Counted from the first letter of the stretch, positions 11,907 to 23,667 are shown. The stretch: 64,000 bases of DNA from an uncultured Candidatus Peribacteria bacterium (GCA_964514565.1 CAZERA010000001.1:372001-436000); one strand, 5' to 3'. The notes: generated by a model from the letters alone, not told the origin. Translations and numbers: made by a program.

Positions 11907-12620
11907 ATGCAAAATTTATTCACTCGACTCAAGATCATCGCTTTAATTATCTCAAGTAGTGCTGGTCTTCTGACTGTTGCTCCACAAGCAGCGCAAGCTT
12001 CAGGTGGTAGTGATAGTTGTCGGTCTTATTATGGTACTACTTGTACTCAGTATTATGGTGATGCTACAACCGTTTCTCCGGGCGTTCCTGTAAACCAATC
12101 AGCCTACAACCCTGCATGCAAGGCTTATTACGGTACTACTTGCAGACAATATTATGGTGATGTTTCAATTCCAAATCCTGGTGTGCCAGTAAACCCTTCT
12201 GCTTATAATCCAGCATGTAAGGCTTACTATGGTACTACTTGTAAGCAGTACTATGGTGATGTCTCAATTCCAAATCCTGGTGTGCCAGTAAATCCAGCTG
12301 CATACAATCCTGCTTGTAAAGCTTATTACGGTACTACTTGTACACAGTACTACGGTGATACAAGTGCAATTGGTTCTACTCCAGCTGTGAGTAGTGGCGA
12401 TTATAATCCTGGTTGTCAGGCATATTATGGTGGTCTTTGTACTCAATACAAAGATAATGCGTCTTCATATACACGCAATTATAATACCAGCTCATATTCA
12501 TCAAACTACTACTATAGTCCTTACCTAGGTTCTTATTATAGTGGCTATACTGGTTATTATTATCCAACAAGCTATTACGCTCCTAGTTACTACAATACTT
12601 GTTATAGCTGGTACTGCTAA
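11907..12620 (+). CDS. secreted Cys/Tyr-rich tandem-repeat protein
   Basis: signal peptide ending AAQA, five 33-aa repeats (CxxYYGxxCxQY), Tyr/Ser-rich tail; ATG 11907 preferred over 11874. Confidence 0.8.
   Translation: MQNLFTRLKIIALIISSSAGLLTVAPQAAQASGGSDSCRSYYGTTCTQYYGDATTVSPGVPVNQSAYNPACKAYYGTTCRQYYGDVSIPNPGVPVNPSAYNPACKAYYGTTCKQYYGDVSIPNPGVPVNPAAYNPACKAYYGTTCTQYYGDTSAIGSTPAVSSGDYNPGCQAYYGGLCTQYKDNASSYTRNYNTSSYSSNYYYSPYLGSYYSGYTGYYYPTSYYAPSYYNTCYSWYC
12018..12460 (+). repeat. coding tandem repeat, 99-nt period, 5 copies (last truncated)
   Basis: first-Cys codons at 12018, 12117, 12216, 12315 and 12414. Confidence 0.9.
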
Positions 12621-12645
12621 TTAGTTTTAGTTTCCTAAAAAGTCG

Positions 12646-13755
12646 TTAGCTGAAGAAACCTTTCTTGTGTGGTTGAGTTTCTAAGCTAGCGATTTTTTCG
12701 TATAGGCCTTTTTGTTCGCTAGATAGTTTCTGAGGGATATCGATTTCGATAGTCACAAAATGATGCCCTTTTTCATTGCCTTCAGTATGAATACCTTTGT
12801 CCTTGAGTTTGAAAACAGTGTGAGACTTGCTCCCGGCGGGTACTTTTAGTTCAGCATCACCATGAATTGTATTTACTGTGACAGTTCCTCCTAGCACTGC
12901 TTTAGAGACAGTAATGTTGAGTGTATTGTAGATATCAAAGCCCTTACGTTTGAATGTATTACTTTCTTTTACGTTGATGTGTAAGTAGAGATCTCCTTGG
13001 TGTTTGCCAAAGCGACTTGATTCACCATATCCACGCATACGTAAAGTCTCACCATCATCGATGCCTGCTGGAATATGAATGGTGATAGTCTCTTGTTTTT
13101 TTCTGCGACCTTCACCCTGACAATCAGGACATTTTACTGAAATAGTTTTGCCACTACCATTACAAACATTACAAGGTTGGGTACTAACTACCTGGCCCAA
13201 GATCGTGTTTTGTACTCTACGCACACTACCGCTACCTTGGCAGTTGGTACATGTTTCTACTTTGCTGCCTGGTGCTCCACCGCTACCTTTACAGGTAGCA
13301 CAGACTGAGAGCTTGTTGAGCATAATGTCGCGATCACAACCAAAGGCAGCATCTTGGAAACTAATTTGTACTTCCATCTCTAGGTCTCGTCCCTGTTCTT
13401 GTTGTCTTTGTGGACTTTGACCGCCAAAATTACCACCATTGAAAAAAGTCTCAAAAATATCTCCAAAACCAAATTGGGAAAAATCAAAGTTACCTTGGCC
13501 ACCACCACTTCCGCCACCGAAACCTTGTTGACCAAATCCCTCTGCGCTACCAAATTGGTCATAGTTTCGGCGTTTTTCTGGATCGCTCAAGACCTCATAT
13601 GCACCGTTGATTTCTTTGAATTTAGCTTCAGCTGTCTTGTCGCCCTTGTGTTTGTCTGGATGCCATTCCTTTGCTAGTTTTCGATACGCTTTCTTTACTT
13701 CATCCAAAGAAGCTGTTTTGCTGACACCTAGTGTCTGGTAGAGGTCTTGAGCCAT
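12646..13755 (-). CDS. dnaJ: chaperone DnaJ
   Basis: J-domain HPD, G/F-rich region, four CxxCxGxG zinc motifs. Confidence 0.97.
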   Translation of the reverse strand: MAQDLYQTLGVSKTASLDEVKKAYRKLAKEWHPDKHKGDKTAEAKFKEINGAYEVLSDPEKRRNYDQFGSAEGFGQQGFGGGSGGGQGNFDFSQFGFGDIFETFFNGGNFGGQSPQRQQEQGRDLEMEVQISFQDAAFGCDRDIMLNKLSVCATCKGSGGAPGSKVETCTNCQGSGSVRRVQNTILGQVVSTQPCNVCNGSGKTISVKCPDCQGEGRRKKQETITIHIPAGIDDGETLRMRGYGESSRFGKHQGDLYLHINVKESNTFKRKGFDIYNTLNITVSKAVLGGTVTVNTIHGDAELKVPAGSKSHTVFKLKDKGIHTEGNEKGHHFVTIEIDIPQKLSSEQKGLYEKIASLETQPHKKGFFS

Positions 13756-13763
13756 GAGAGGGA

Positions 13764-15080
13764 TTATTGAGTGGGAGTATTTTCAGTCAATGTGATTGCT
13801 ACTGTTTTTTCTTCACCTTTTTGATACACCTTGAGAGTGACTGTATCACCAGCTTTGAATTGTTGAATCACTTTTGCGAGTTGATTTTTATCATCCAATT
13901 TTTGTCCGTTGATTTCTAGGATGATATCATTTTCTACGATACCAGCTTTGTCAGCTGCACTGCCGGGAATTACTGCTATTTCATTGTCACTACCACGAAT
14001 TACTAGTGCTCCGTAATCTCGAGGGAGATTATTTGCTTGAGCTAATGGTTTGGTTACCATCATATAGCGAACACCAAGTTGGGGACGTACGACACGGCCA
14101 TTGGCTTTGATACTATCGATGATAAATTTGGCATCATTGATGGGAATTGCAAAGCCAATTGATTGGCCAGAACGATCAATTGCCGTATTGATACCGATTA
14201 CTTGCCCGGAGAGATTGATCAGTGGTCCACCACTATTGCCGGGATTGATTGCAGCATCGGTTTGGATTACGCCATTGAGCTCTTCTTGGCTACTACCTGA
14301 TTGATCAGATGCAGTAATAGTGCGATTCATACCACTGACGATACCTTTACTGACAGTCTGACGATATTCATTGAGACTATTGCCGATAGCCAGGACAGTT
14401 TGGCCTACTTGGATTGCGGTAGAGTCACTGAGTTCGACGGTTGGTAGGTTGTTGTTGCCATCAATTTTGAGTACTGCCAAATCATTGAGAGGGTCAGTGT
14501 CCAAAAGCTTGGCTTTGAATTCTGTACCATCGCTCAAGAAAACTGAATATGTAGCACCTTTGTCGCTGACTACATGTTTGTTGGTCACGATGTAACCATC
14601 TTTGCTCACAATAAATCCTGTACCTCCACCTATCTCTTTCTCTTGGCTGGAGTTATTCGGATTGGTTGTGGGTGCAGTCTTGGGATTAACGCGTTGACCA
14701 GTAAAAGGGTCAATAAAATAGAAATTGCTATTGGAATCATTGTATATGGCGTTAACGCTTTTCTTGATAATGATGCTGACTACAGCAGGCTGTACTTTTT
14801 TGACGGCAGCAATAGTCATCGCTTCTTCTGAGCTAGAACTAATATTGGTGGGAGCAAGTATCTGGGTTGCTGTATCTGAACTTGTCATGCCCAAGGTGGT
14901 GACACTTTGCGCTTGGCTTGGAGACATGGTTAGCATGGTACCAGCATAGAAAGCACCGCTTCCGAATACGACGGCAGCGAGCACAGCGTATGCTACTGCT
15001 TTGCTGCGTACTACTTTTTTAGGTTCTACTGCACTGATAGGGGACACATCAATGGGATTCTCTATGGGTGTTTCGGTCAT
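13764..15080 (-). CDS. htrA: HtrA/DegP serine protease with one PDZ domain
   Basis: N-terminal [35 protein letters not shown] domain. Confidence 0.94.
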   Translation of the reverse strand: MTETPIENPIDVSPISAVEPKKVVRSKAVAYAVLAAVVFGSGAFYAGTMLTMSPSQAQSVTTLGMTSSDTATQILAPTNISSSSEEAMTIAAVKKVQPAVVSIIIKKSVNAIYNDSNSNFYFIDPFTGQRVNPKTAPTTNPNNSSQEKEIGGGTGFIVSKDGYIVTNKHVVSDKGATYSVFLSDGTEFKAKLLDTDPLNDLAVLKIDGNNNLPTVELSDSTAIQVGQTVLAIGNSLNEYRQTVSKGIVSGMNRTITASDQSGSSQEELNGVIQTDAAINPGNSGGPLINLSGQVIGINTAIDRSGQSIGFAIPINDAKFIIDSIKANGRVVRPQLGVRYMMVTKPLAQANNLPRDYGALVIRGSDNEIAVIPGSAADKAGIVENDIILEINGQKLDDKNQLAKVIQQFKAGDTVTLKVYQKGEEKTVAITLTENTPTQ

Positions 15081-15138
15081 ACTTGATCATTTAAGAAATA
15101 AATTAAGCACCTAATTGTTATTACAATCTAGCGATGCT

Positions 15139-17040
15139 TTATTTTTCATCTTTAGTTTTTTCGTCTTTGTTGTCTACGACTTCACCCTCAACTACATTGT
15201 CTTTCTTATCCTCTGAAGTAGTGCTTTCTTTAGCATCTTTTGATGCTTCATACAGCTTAGTACCAATCTTCTGAGCTTCAGTTGATAGTTTTTCAGTAGC
15301 ATTCTTTAACTCATCAGCACTACTATCTTCTTTTGCTAGTACTTCTTTCAAACTAGCAATTGCTTCGTCTACTGGTTTCTTTTCATCAGCAGTGATTTTG
15401 TCACCTGCTTCTTTGAATGAGTGCTCAGTGCTATAAATTAGACTTTCCGCTAAGTTCTTTTGTTCTGCTCGCTCTTTCTTTTTCTTGTCTTCATCAGCAT
15501 AGAGTTCAGCTTCTTTTTGCATTTTCTCAATGTCTTCTTTGCTGAGACCACTGGAACCTTGAATAGTAATCTTTTGTTCTTTGCCTGTTCCTTTGTCTTT
15601 AGCCGAAACATTGAGGATACCATTGGCATCGATGTCGAGTGTCACTTCTACTTGTGGTACTCCGCGAGGTGCTGGGGCAATACCATCTAGGATAAAACGA
15701 CCTAAAGATTTGTTATCAGTAGCCATCTCACGTTCACCTTGTACGATATGAATCTCTACAGATGGTTGATTGTCTGAAGCTGTAGAAAATACTTGTGATT
15801 TGGAAGTAGGGATTGTGGTATTTCGTTCAATCAATTTAGTTGCTACTCCACCCATAGTCTCAATGCCCAGGCTTAGTGGTGTAACATCGAGCAATAATAC
15901 ATCTTTCACATCACCTTGCAGTACACCACCTTGAATGGCAGCACCCAGTGCTACTACTTCATCAGGATTGATACCAGCAGAAGGTTTTTTCTTGAAGATA
16001 TCTTCTACTTTTTGAATAATCGCTGGCATACGAGTTTGGCCACCTACCAAGATGATTTCACTAATATCACTGAGACTAACCCCAGCATCTTTGATCGCGT
16101 TTTCACAAGGTTTGATCGTACGATCGATCAATGGTTGAGACAGCTCATTGAGCTTGGTCCGAGTAAGCTTGATATTCAGATGTTTTGGCCCACTACTATC
16201 AACACTGATAAAAGGTAAGTTTACTTCGCTCTCAGTGCTAGAAGAAAGCTCGATTTTTGCTTTTTCAGCACTTTCACGGAGACGTTGGAGCGCCATATCA
16301 TCTTTACCAAGATCGATACCTTGGTCTTTTTTGAATTCAGCAATCAACCAATTCACAATAGTGGCATCAATGTCATCACCACCGAGATGGGTATCTCCAT
16401 TGGTAGACAATACTTCAAATACACCATCACTGAGTTCAAGAATAGAAACATCAAATGTACCACCACCAAAGTCATAGACAGCAATTTTGCCTTCTTTTTT
16501 CTTGTCTAGACCGTAAGCAAGAGCAGCCGCAGTAGGTTCATTGATAATGCGTTTCACATCAAGACCAGCAATGCGACCGGCATCTTTAGTTGCTTGACGT
16601 TGTGAATCGTTGAAATAAGCAGGTACAGTGATTACCGCTTCTTTGACTTCAGTACCTAAGTACTTTTCAGCATCGGCCTTTAGCTTCTGCAAAACCATAG
16701 CGCTGATTTCAGCTGGCTGTCTGTTTTTGTCACTTAGCTTGATTTCTACCTCACCATTTTTACCTTTACTGAAATCGTAAGGTAAACTTTTCATCTCATC
16801 GGTGACTTCATCGAAGTTGCGACCGATAAAACGTTTTGCTGATGAAATAGTATTTTTGTGGTTGGTCACTGCCTGACGTTTTGCAGTGATACCTACTAGA
16901 CGTTCATTGTTTTTTTCAGCCACTACAGATGGAGTGGTGCGATTGCCCTCACTATTGGGGATTACTACTGCCTGGCCACCTTCCATGACGGCGACACAAG
17001 AATTCGTTGTACCCAAATCAATACCAATAATCTTAGACAT
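15139..17040 (-). CDS. dnaK: chaperone DnaK (Hsp70)
   Basis: [32 protein letters not shown]. Confidence 0.98.
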   Translation of the reverse strand: MSKIIGIDLGTTNSCVAVMEGGQAVVIPNSEGNRTTPSVVAEKNNERLVGITAKRQAVTNHKNTISSAKRFIGRNFDEVTDEMKSLPYDFSKGKNGEVEIKLSDKNRQPAEISAMVLQKLKADAEKYLGTEVKEAVITVPAYFNDSQRQATKDAGRIAGLDVKRIINEPTAAALAYGLDKKKEGKIAVYDFGGGTFDVSILELSDGVFEVLSTNGDTHLGGDDIDATIVNWLIAEFKKDQGIDLGKDDMALQRLRESAEKAKIELSSSTESEVNLPFISVDSSGPKHLNIKLTRTKLNELSQPLIDRTIKPCENAIKDAGVSLSDISEIILVGGQTRMPAIIQKVEDIFKKKPSAGINPDEVVALGAAIQGGVLQGDVKDVLLLDVTPLSLGIETMGGVATKLIERNTTIPTSKSQVFSTASDNQPSVEIHIVQGEREMATDNKSLGRFILDGIAPAPRGVPQVEVTLDIDANGILNVSAKDKGTGKEQKITIQGSSGLSKEDIEKMQKEAELYADEDKKKKERAEQKNLAESLIYSTEHSFKEAGDKITADEKKPVDEAIASLKEVLAKEDSSADELKNATEKLSTEAQKIGTKLYEASKDAKESTTSEDKKDNVVEGEVVDNKDEKTKDEK

Positions 17041-17058
17041 AAGTATGTATTAAGTAAC

Positions 17059-17085
17059 TTAGCACTCTCGATTTTAGAGTGCTAA
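17059..17085. promoter_or_regulatory. CIRCE element (HrcA operator) upstream of dnaK
   Basis: TTAGCACTC-N9-GAGTGCTAA, perfect consensus. Confidence 0.95.
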
Positions 17086-17099
17086 GGTGAAAAAGTCAA
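17071..17099 (-). promoter_or_regulatory. sigma70 promoter of dnaK overlapping CIRCE
   Basis: minus strand TTGACT(17099-17094)-N17-TAAAAT(17076-17071). Confidence 0.75.
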
Positions 17100-17666
17100 T
17101 TATTTCTGCACCTTTACTTTTGCGGGGCGTAGTACCTTGTCGCCAAGCATATAACCTGCCTCAAATTCTTCGATCACTACGTCTTTTGCAGTGTCTGCTT
17201 GTTCTCCAGTAGTCAAGATTTCATGCAAATTAGCATCAAACATTTGTCCGATCGCATTGATCTTTTGGAGGCCAAGTTTGTCCAAGAGCTGCACAAATTG
17301 TTTTTCAATTGCTAAAGCACCAATTACCCATTGCTCATCTTTGATGTGGGCAGGTACATGTTGAAATGCTCGTTGGAAATTATCTACAATTGGTAGTAAA
17401 TCCAAAATCAATTTTTGATTTGCAAACTTGGCAAAGCTTTCTTGTTCTAGGGCTTGGCGTTTACGGAAATTAATAAATTCAGCTTGGCTACGAGCTAAGC
17501 TGTCAGTTAGTTGAACGACTTGGGCCTTTAGTGCAGCAATCTCCTCGTCTTGATTGGGAGTAAATGTCTGCATGATGTCCTGCAAATCTTGGTCGTCCTG
17601 AGGATCTTGGTTATTACTAGCAGGGTTTTGATTGTCATCAAATGGGGGAATGTGAGTATCAAACAT
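17100..17666 (-). CDS. grpE: nucleotide exchange factor GrpE
   Basis: QAEFINFRKR, LLPIVDNFQRA, FDANLHE, GY.LGDKVLRPAKV. Confidence 0.95.
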   Translation of the reverse strand: MFDTHIPPFDDNQNPASNNQDPQDDQDLQDIMQTFTPNQDEEIAALKAQVVQLTDSLARSQAEFINFRKRQALEQESFAKFANQKLILDLLPIVDNFQRAFQHVPAHIKDEQWVIGALAIEKQFVQLLDKLGLQKINAIGQMFDANLHEILTTGEQADTAKDVVIEEFEAGYMLGDKVLRPAKVKVQK

Positions 17667-17694
17667 AAAAAAGATAAGAAGAGGATAAGTAAAT

Positions 17695-18438
17695 TTAAAC
17701 AGATTGCCAGTTTTTTTCTACATCATCACGCACAGCATGGATCGCGGCGACATTGTGAGGGTAGTTCATCCGCAGAGCACCGAGTATGCCGATTGCACCT
17801 TGGTAATTCTCGTCAATTTTGTAATGAGTTACTAGGAGGGAACATCCTTGAATTGCTTCCAGGATATTTTCTCTACCAATCAAAACGGTAACATCGCGAC
17901 TAATGCCTGTACTTTCCAGTAGCTTTAGAAAATTGTCTTGATCTTCTAGTACTTCTACTACGGTACTAAAGCGTGCACTATCAGCAAATTCTGGTTTCTT
18001 GAGGGCATTGGCCAAACCAAGGTAATAGGTTTCTCCGAGCCAAGGTAAGGTAGCAAAGCTTACTTCATTGGTCATCTTTGCTAGAATTCCCACCGTTGTA
18101 TAAATCGCGCGCTCAATTCTCTGACTTTCTAATTGGGCTTTGAATTTTTGTACTTGTACTAATTTTTGTACGTATTCGTGTGGCAAGGTCAGTTTTGGTT
18201 CTTCCATCACTTGATCCACGAAGAATCGTAATCCTTGTTCAGTCGGTACACGACCAGCTGAGGTATGTGGTTGATAAATTAAGCCTTCTTTTTCAAGAAA
18301 CATCATGTCGTTGCGGATGGTGGCTGGGCTGACCGTAAGGTCAAATTCCTCCAAGAGGTAGTGAGACCCTACTGGGCCTCCCTGCTGAATGAAGGTTTCG
18401 ATAATTGCTTTGAGAATACTAAGCTTTCTTTTGTCCAT
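17695..18438 (-). CDS. hrcA: heat-inducible repressor HrcA (short form)
   Basis: PVGS, SPATIRNDM..LE..G.I.QPHTSAGRVPT, IGREN, IGILG..RMNY. Confidence 0.95.
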   Translation of the reverse strand: MDKRKLSILKAIIETFIQQGGPVGSHYLLEEFDLTVSPATIRNDMMFLEKEGLIYQPHTSAGRVPTEQGLRFFVDQVMEEPKLTLPHEYVQKLVQVQKFKAQLESQRIERAIYTTVGILAKMTNEVSFATLPWLGETYYLGLANALKKPEFADSARFSTVVEVLEDQDNFLKLLESTGISRDVTVLIGRENILEAIQGCSLLVTHYKIDENYQGAIGILGALRMNYPHNVAAIHAVRDDVEKNWQSV

Positions 18439-21010
18439 GGTGTGCTTCGATAACTATTTGGTCTGAGACATAATCAATTGCTACCTTGTCTCCAGGCTTT
18501 ATTGTACCGGCAACAATTTCTAAGGCAAGCTTGTCTAAGATTTGTTTTTGAATCAAGCGTTTGAGTGGGCGAGCTCCGTAAATTGGGTCATAACCAGTAT
18601 TGCCAAGATATTTCTTAGCCAATTCGCTCAAGCTAAGCTGGATATTTTGTTTTTGGAGACGCTCTTCTACTTTAGCAATTTGCAACCCCACAATTTCTTG
18701 AATTTCTTTTTCATCCAAAGGTTGGAAGGTGATGATGTCATCTATTCTATTGATGAATTCTGGTCTGAATGTCTTTCGAATCATTTCTTGTAAGGCAGCA
18801 TCCTGTTTCTTGGTGTCTTTGGTCATGGATTGAATAATGTCGCTGCCTAGATTGGTGGTCATGATGATCACTGTGTTCCGAAAATCCACAGTGCGACCTT
18901 TACTATCAGTGAGTCTGCCGTCATCTAAAACTTGCAAGAGGATATTGAATACTTCTGGATGTGCTTTTTCAATTTCATCGAAAAGCACCACACTAAATGG
19001 CCTTCTTCGGACTGCTTCAGTGAGCTGGCCACCTTCTTCATAGCCGACATAGCCTGGTGGAGAACCAATTAGACGAGCGACGCTATGTTTTTCCATATAT
19101 TCGCTCATATCGATACGGATCATCGCTTGTTCATCATTGAATACAGTGGCTGCCAGTGATTTAGCTAACTCTGTTTTACCTACACCAGTTGGCCCCATGA
19201 AGATAAATGATCCTAACGGTCTGCCTTCTTCCTGAATGCCTGAGCGAGCGCGGCGAATTGTATTAGCTAAAGCAGTGATTGCTGCTTTTTGCCCGATTAC
19301 TCGCTTGCCTAGTTCTGCTTCCAGATGGACTAGCTTGTCACTATCACTACTGAGCATCTTGGTGACAGGTATACCTGTCCATTTGTGTACGATTTGAGCA
19401 ATGTCATCTTCACTTACTTCTTCTTTCAGTAGGGGATGATCTTTTTGGATCTTTGCCAGCTTCTGTTCATTTTCAACTATTTCTTGGCTGAGTTTGGGCA
19501 AGATGCCATAACGAATTTCTGCTACACGTTGTAGTTCGCCAGCCCGTTCTGCCTTCTCCTCTTCTAGCTTCATTTTATCTATCTCGCTTTTTTTACTTCG
19601 AATACTAGTAATCACTTCTTTCTCTTCCCGCCATTTGAGCTCAATATTGCGAGCCTCTTCTTTGAGATCAGCTAACTCTTGGTCCAGTGACTTTAGGCGG
19701 TCAATACTAGTGGTATCTTTTTCTTTTTTTAGTGCCTCTTTTTCAATCTCAAGCTGCATTACTTTGCGTTCCAGTGAATCAAGACTTTGTGGTTTGCTAT
19801 CGATCTCCATTCTGAGCATCGATGTCGCTTCATCGATCAAGTCGATTGCTTTGTCGGGCAGGAAACGATCGGGAATATAACGTTTAGAAAGGTTGACTGC
19901 TGCGATGATTGCACTGTCTTTGATCCGTACTCCATGATGGACTTCATACTTTTCTTTGATGCCCCGCAAAATAGAAATAGCATCTTCTACACTAGGCTCT
20001 AGTACTGGTACTGGTTGAAAGCGACGTTCGAGTGCAGCATCTTTCTCAATATACTGGCGATATTCCTTGAGCGTAGTAGCACCAATAGTGCGGAGTTGCC
20101 CGCGAGCAAGTGCAGGTTTCAGCAAGTTACCTGCATCCATTGCTCCATCAGTTTTTCCAGCGCCGATAATCAAATGTAACTCATCGATAAAAAGGATAAC
20201 TGTATCTCTACCTTCAATTTCTTTGATGATCGCTTTTAGTCTATCTTCAAATTCACCTCGATATTTAGTACCAGCTACCAGTGCGCCCATATCTAGTGAA
20301 AGGAGCAATTTATTCTTCAAGGTTTCTGGTACATCTCCAGCCACAATCCTTCGGGCTAAGCCTTCTGCGATAGCTGTCTTTCCCACACCAGGTTCACCAA
20401 CTAATACTGGATTGTTTTTGGTACGCCGAGAAAGGATTTGCATCACGCGTCTAATCTCAGTATCCCGACCAATCACAGGGTCTATTTTCCCTTGTTTCGC
20501 CAGCTTAGTGAGGTTGATAGTATATTTTTCTAAAGCTTGATATTTGCCTTCAGGATCAGGATCGGCCACTTTCTGATTGCCACGAATCTTGGCTAATGCC
20601 TCTAAGATTTTGTCTGTAGTAATAGCGTACTTACTTAAAATTTCTTGGGCATCACCTTTGTTTTGTAAGAGAGCCAAGAGCAAATGTTCAGTAGAAATAT
20701 AATCATCGCGTAGTCTCCCAGCCTCTCCTTCGGCAATAGACCAAAGATTACGAAATTCTGGGGCTAAATAGGTGCCCTCATTGCCACTTACTTTGGCATA
20801 CGTTGCTAGCTTGGTTTCTATCTCACTGATTAGCTGGTCAGTATTGATCTGGAGACTTTGTAGTACAGTGCCCACAATCCCTGAGTCTTGTTTAATAAGC
20901 GCCAACAACAAATGCAGAGAGGTAGCAGTTTGATGTTGATGTTCGGAGGCGAGGATTTGCATGCTTTCTAATGCTTCTCGCGCTTTATTGGTAAGCTTTT
21001 CGATATTCAT
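18419..21010 (-). CDS. clpB: disaggregase ClpB
   Basis: two AAA+ modules ([16 protein letters not shown]), long coiled-coil M-domain, YGARPLKR; no ClpP-docking IGF loop seen. Confidence 0.96.
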   Translation of the reverse strand: MNIEKLTNKAREALESMQILASEHQHQTATSLHLLLALIKQDSGIVGTVLQSLQINTDQLISEIETKLATYAKVSGNEGTYLAPEFRNLWSIAEGEAGRLRDDYISTEHLLLALLQNKGDAQEILSKYAITTDKILEALAKIRGNQKVADPDPEGKYQALEKYTINLTKLAKQGKIDPVIGRDTEIRRVMQILSRRTKNNPVLVGEPGVGKTAIAEGLARRIVAGDVPETLKNKLLLSLDMGALVAGTKYRGEFEDRLKAIIKEIEGRDTVILFIDELHLIIGAGKTDGAMDAGNLLKPALARGQLRTIGATTLKEYRQYIEKDAALERRFQPVPVLEPSVEDAISILRGIKEKYEVHHGVRIKDSAIIAAVNLSKRYIPDRFLPDKAIDLIDEATSMLRMEIDSKPQSLDSLERKVMQLEIEKEALKKEKDTTSIDRLKSLDQELADLKEEARNIELKWREEKEVITSIRSKKSEIDKMKLEEEKAERAGELQRVAEIRYGILPKLSQEIVENEQKLAKIQKDHPLLKEEVSEDDIAQIVHKWTGIPVTKMLSSDSDKLVHLEAELGKRVIGQKAAITALANTIRRARSGIQEEGRPLGSFIFMGPTGVGKTELAKSLAATVFNDEQAMIRIDMSEYMEKHSVARLIGSPPGYVGYEEGGQLTEAVRRRPFSVVLFDEIEKAHPEVFNILLQVLDDGRLTDSKGRTVDFRNTVIIMTTNLGSDIIQSMTKDTKKQDAALQEMIRKTFRPEFINRIDDIITFQPLDEKEIQEIVGLQIAKVEERLQKQNIQLSLSELAKKYLGNTGYDPIYGARPLKRLIQKQILDKLALEIVAGTIKPGDKVAIDYVSDQIVIEAHHGQKKA

Positions 21011-21020
21011 AGAATAGTTA

Positions 21021-21047
21021 TTAGCACTCGTGATTATAGAGTGCTAA
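21021..21047. promoter_or_regulatory. CIRCE element upstream of clpB
   Basis: TTAGCACTC-GTGATTATA-GAGTGCTAA; the palindrome extends to 21015-21053. Confidence 0.95.
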
Positions 21048-21061
21048 TAACTACCAGTCAA
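21033..21061 (-). promoter_or_regulatory. sigma70 promoter of clpB overlapping CIRCE
   Basis: minus strand TTGACT(21061-21056)-N17-TATAAT(21038-21033). Confidence 0.8.
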
Positions 21062-21079
21062 GATTTTGATAAAGCCTGC

Positions 21080-21970
21080 TTATACAGAAGGCTTTTCTTT
21101 GTGTTGTTCAATGTATTGAGCCATTTGCCACAATTGAGAAACTGTTGAAGCAATATTTCTTTGTTCATCATCATTACCTACTTTTGCTTGTGCAAGCTCT
21201 AAGCGAGTAGATTCGTTTTTCTTAACCTCATTGATAAAGAATATTAAAAGTGGTGCATCTTTGGCAGAGAAAGGTTTCCCTGCATTCATATCAACTAAGG
21301 CCCGACTGATTAAGTTTACTCTTTCACCAGTTTGAAACCTTCTCTGAGCTTCAGTATTCGGTATTTGCCCTAGTTTACTTTGGAGAAGGATCTTTTGAGC
21401 TTCCAAGAATTGTCTTACTTTTAATTGATTTTCTAACTCAGGATTTACTTGTTGTTCGCGCGTAGTTGGCAGGGCTGCCGCTGGAGATAGGGGCTGCATA
21501 GCAGGAATTTCCATACGGGGAGTTCGGTCGCGAAGAGGGGCGGCTCCATAACGAAGTGGCTCGAGTGTGTCATGAACTGCTTGTTCAGCATCTTTGAATC
21601 GATCATTAATTAACCGTTGTCTACCATCGATACGAAGCATCTCTACTTGGTCAGTACAGACTTGGCGCATTTGTTCTGCTGTCATTCCATTTAGCGTACT
21701 CATGTTTTGCTGCATCATCATCTGTAGTGCCCGATCATATTTCCCAGCAGCGATACCTTTGATAAGGGTATTGCGAGTATTTTCATCGAAAGCGGTTGGT
21801 CGCAAAGTAGGATCACTAAATACACCTGTTTCTCCAGACAAGAACTGTAAAACCTTTTCTTGGTAAAATTGATTAGGAATAGGTGCTAGTTTTTCTTGCT
21901 TATCTCTACCAATGTCCTGACGTGACTGTTGGCCTTCAGGAGTACCTAAACCTGTTTCGTGATATTGCAT
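21080..21970 (-). CDS. hypothetical protein (helical, Gln-rich)
   Basis: 296 aa ORF; no recognised motif. Confidence 0.7.
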   Translation of the reverse strand: MQYHETGLGTPEGQQSRQDIGRDKQEKLAPIPNQFYQEKVLQFLSGETGVFSDPTLRPTAFDENTRNTLIKGIAAGKYDRALQMMMQQNMSTLNGMTAEQMRQVCTDQVEMLRIDGRQRLINDRFKDAEQAVHDTLEPLRYGAAPLRDRTPRMEIPAMQPLSPAAALPTTREQQVNPELENQLKVRQFLEAQKILLQSKLGQIPNTEAQRRFQTGERVNLISRALVDMNAGKPFSAKDAPLLIFFINEVKKNESTRLELAQAKVGNDDEQRNIASTVSQLWQMAQYIEQHKEKPSV

Positions 21971-22053
21971 ATTTATTTTTTGTTTCTTAGTATTATCTCA
22001 CAAATAGCCCAAAAGATTAATAGAAACAAAATAGTTGAGCTGGTATAGTGCAA

Positions 22054-22875
22054 ATGTTAAATAATCTTGTGAAGAAATTTCTCCTTCTAGGCATTATCGT
22101 TGTGAGTTTGGCAGCATGTGGAGAAAATGTTTCTGCTCCAGTGAGCGATGCTACAAGTAGTACTACGCCGCTGCCTGCTGTAGCTATTACTGAAGTCCCT
22201 AGTCTTTTGTCATGGCAGGTGCCGATTTTGATGTACCATCATATAGGCACAGCTCCTGTGGGTGCTGATAAGATCAGGCAAAATCTGACCGTGAGCACAG
22301 CTGCATTCAAACGACATCTAGCTTTGATTAAAGCTAAAAAATATCATCCGATTACTTTTGCTGATATGGATAACTACATTGAGCATGGTGTTGCTCTCCC
22401 TAGTAAGCCAATCATGATTACTTTGGATGATGGTTATGATGATAATTACCTCAATGCTTTTCCAGCTTTGCGTGACAACGATATGCCTGCGGTGTTTTAT
22501 ATTATCACGGACAAAGTGGGGGGGGATGGTTATATGACTTGGAAACAAGTAAAAGAGCTCAAGGCTGCCAATGAGGAAATTGGATCGCATACGCGTACCC
22601 ATCCTGATTTGTCAGTAATTTCAGCCAATAAACAAAAGCTAAAAGACGAGATAGTGCAGGCGAAGCAAATCTTAGAAGGTCAAGAACTTGGGCCTATTCT
22701 AAGCTTGGCCTATCCTTCGGGGAAATATAATGCCGTAGTGGCAGAATTGGCTGGAGCAACATATAAGTTTAGTCGTACTACTCATCATGGAATATTTAGC
22801 GAAACAAGTAAGAGCGCAGAAATTCCTGATATACGGATGACAGAGGATAGTGATCTGGACACGTTACTTCGCTAG
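22054..22875 (+). CDS. lipoprotein polysaccharide deacetylase (IcaB/PgaB-like CE4)
   Basis: lipobox LAAC, PILMYHH, ITLDDGY, EIGSHTRTH, LAYPSG. Confidence 0.88.
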   Translation: MLNNLVKKFLLLGIIVVSLAACGENVSAPVSDATSSTTPLPAVAITEVPSLLSWQVPILMYHHIGTAPVGADKIRQNLTVSTAAFKRHLALIKAKKYHPITFADMDNYIEHGVALPSKPIMITLDDGYDDNYLNAFPALRDNDMPAVFYIITDKVGGDGYMTWKQVKELKAANEEIGSHTRTHPDLSVISANKQKLKDEIVQAKQILEGQELGPILSLAYPSGKYNAVVAELAGATYKFSRTTHHGIFSETSKSAEIPDIRMTEDSDLDTLLR

Positions 22876-23586
22876 TTGGCAAATAACTCCTAGGCTGACA
22901 ATTGCAGCAGTCTCTAAGCGCAAAACGGTTTTTCCTAAGCTGAATGGTTGGGCTTTTTGAGATAATAGGTACTGCTCTTCGCGTTCACTAAAGCCGCCCT
23001 CCGGGCCAACCACACAAGTGATACTGCTATCATACGATAGTCTTTGTAATAAGGCTGACAATTTCTGCTGCCCAAGAAGACTAGCAAATAGTGTAGCTTG
23101 ATTCGGCTGCCATGTGGCAAGGGATACAGGTAAAGCTATCTGAGGAATAGAACCACGGCCACATTGTTCACTGGCCTCAATCAAAATCTTTTGCATCCGT
23201 TCCATTTTTGGCAATTGGTGCTTTTGGGTGCGTTCAGTTATTAGGGGAATAAATGTATGTACACCAAGTTCTGTCCCTTTTTGTAATATCCATTCCCACT
23301 TTTCACTTTTCTGCGGAATAGCTTGAGCCAAGATCAATTGAAATGGTAGTTCAGGAGAGTTCAGTTTTTGTGCTTGATAAGTAAATATGAGTTGTTTCTT
23401 GTCCTGGCCAGTCAGTCTAAAGATATGATCCACTGTGTCTCCTGCCGCAAAAAAGCTAACATCAGTATCCATAGTAATACGCAAAACATGGACCAACTGA
23501 TGAAAAGTATCCGCATGCAATTTATACTCAATAACCAAACTCTCTATCCCATCCAAAGCTGAATGTGGCCAATGAAATCGCTGCAT
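22864..23586 (-). CDS. rsmE: 16S rRNA m3U1498 methyltransferase RsmE
   Basis: HQLVHVLR, QKGTELGV, EASEQCGR, VGPEGGFS, SLG..VLRLETA; ATG 23586 preferred. Confidence 0.93.
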   Translation of the reverse strand: MQRFHWPHSALDGIESLVIEYKLHADTFHQLVHVLRITMDTDVSFFAAGDTVDHIFRLTGQDKKQLIFTYQAQKLNSPELPFQLILAQAIPQKSEKWEWILQKGTELGVHTFIPLITERTQKHQLPKMERMQKILIEASEQCGRGSIPQIALPVSLATWQPNQATLFASLLGQQKLSALLQRLSYDSSITCVVGPEGGFSEREEQYLLSQKAQPFSLGKTVLRLETAAIVSLGVICQLAK

Positions 23587-23667
23587 GAAAAGAAAATTAT
23601 ACATATCAAAGTTAGCATTTCTCCAATCATATTGGAAAGTTAAGGCAATTCCCCTAAACAAATCTCT

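Noticed and set aside
12018..12460. 99-nt periodic repeat as a CRISPR array
   Set aside because: It is in frame inside an ORF with synonymous variation, has no unique spacers and has no cas genes nearby.
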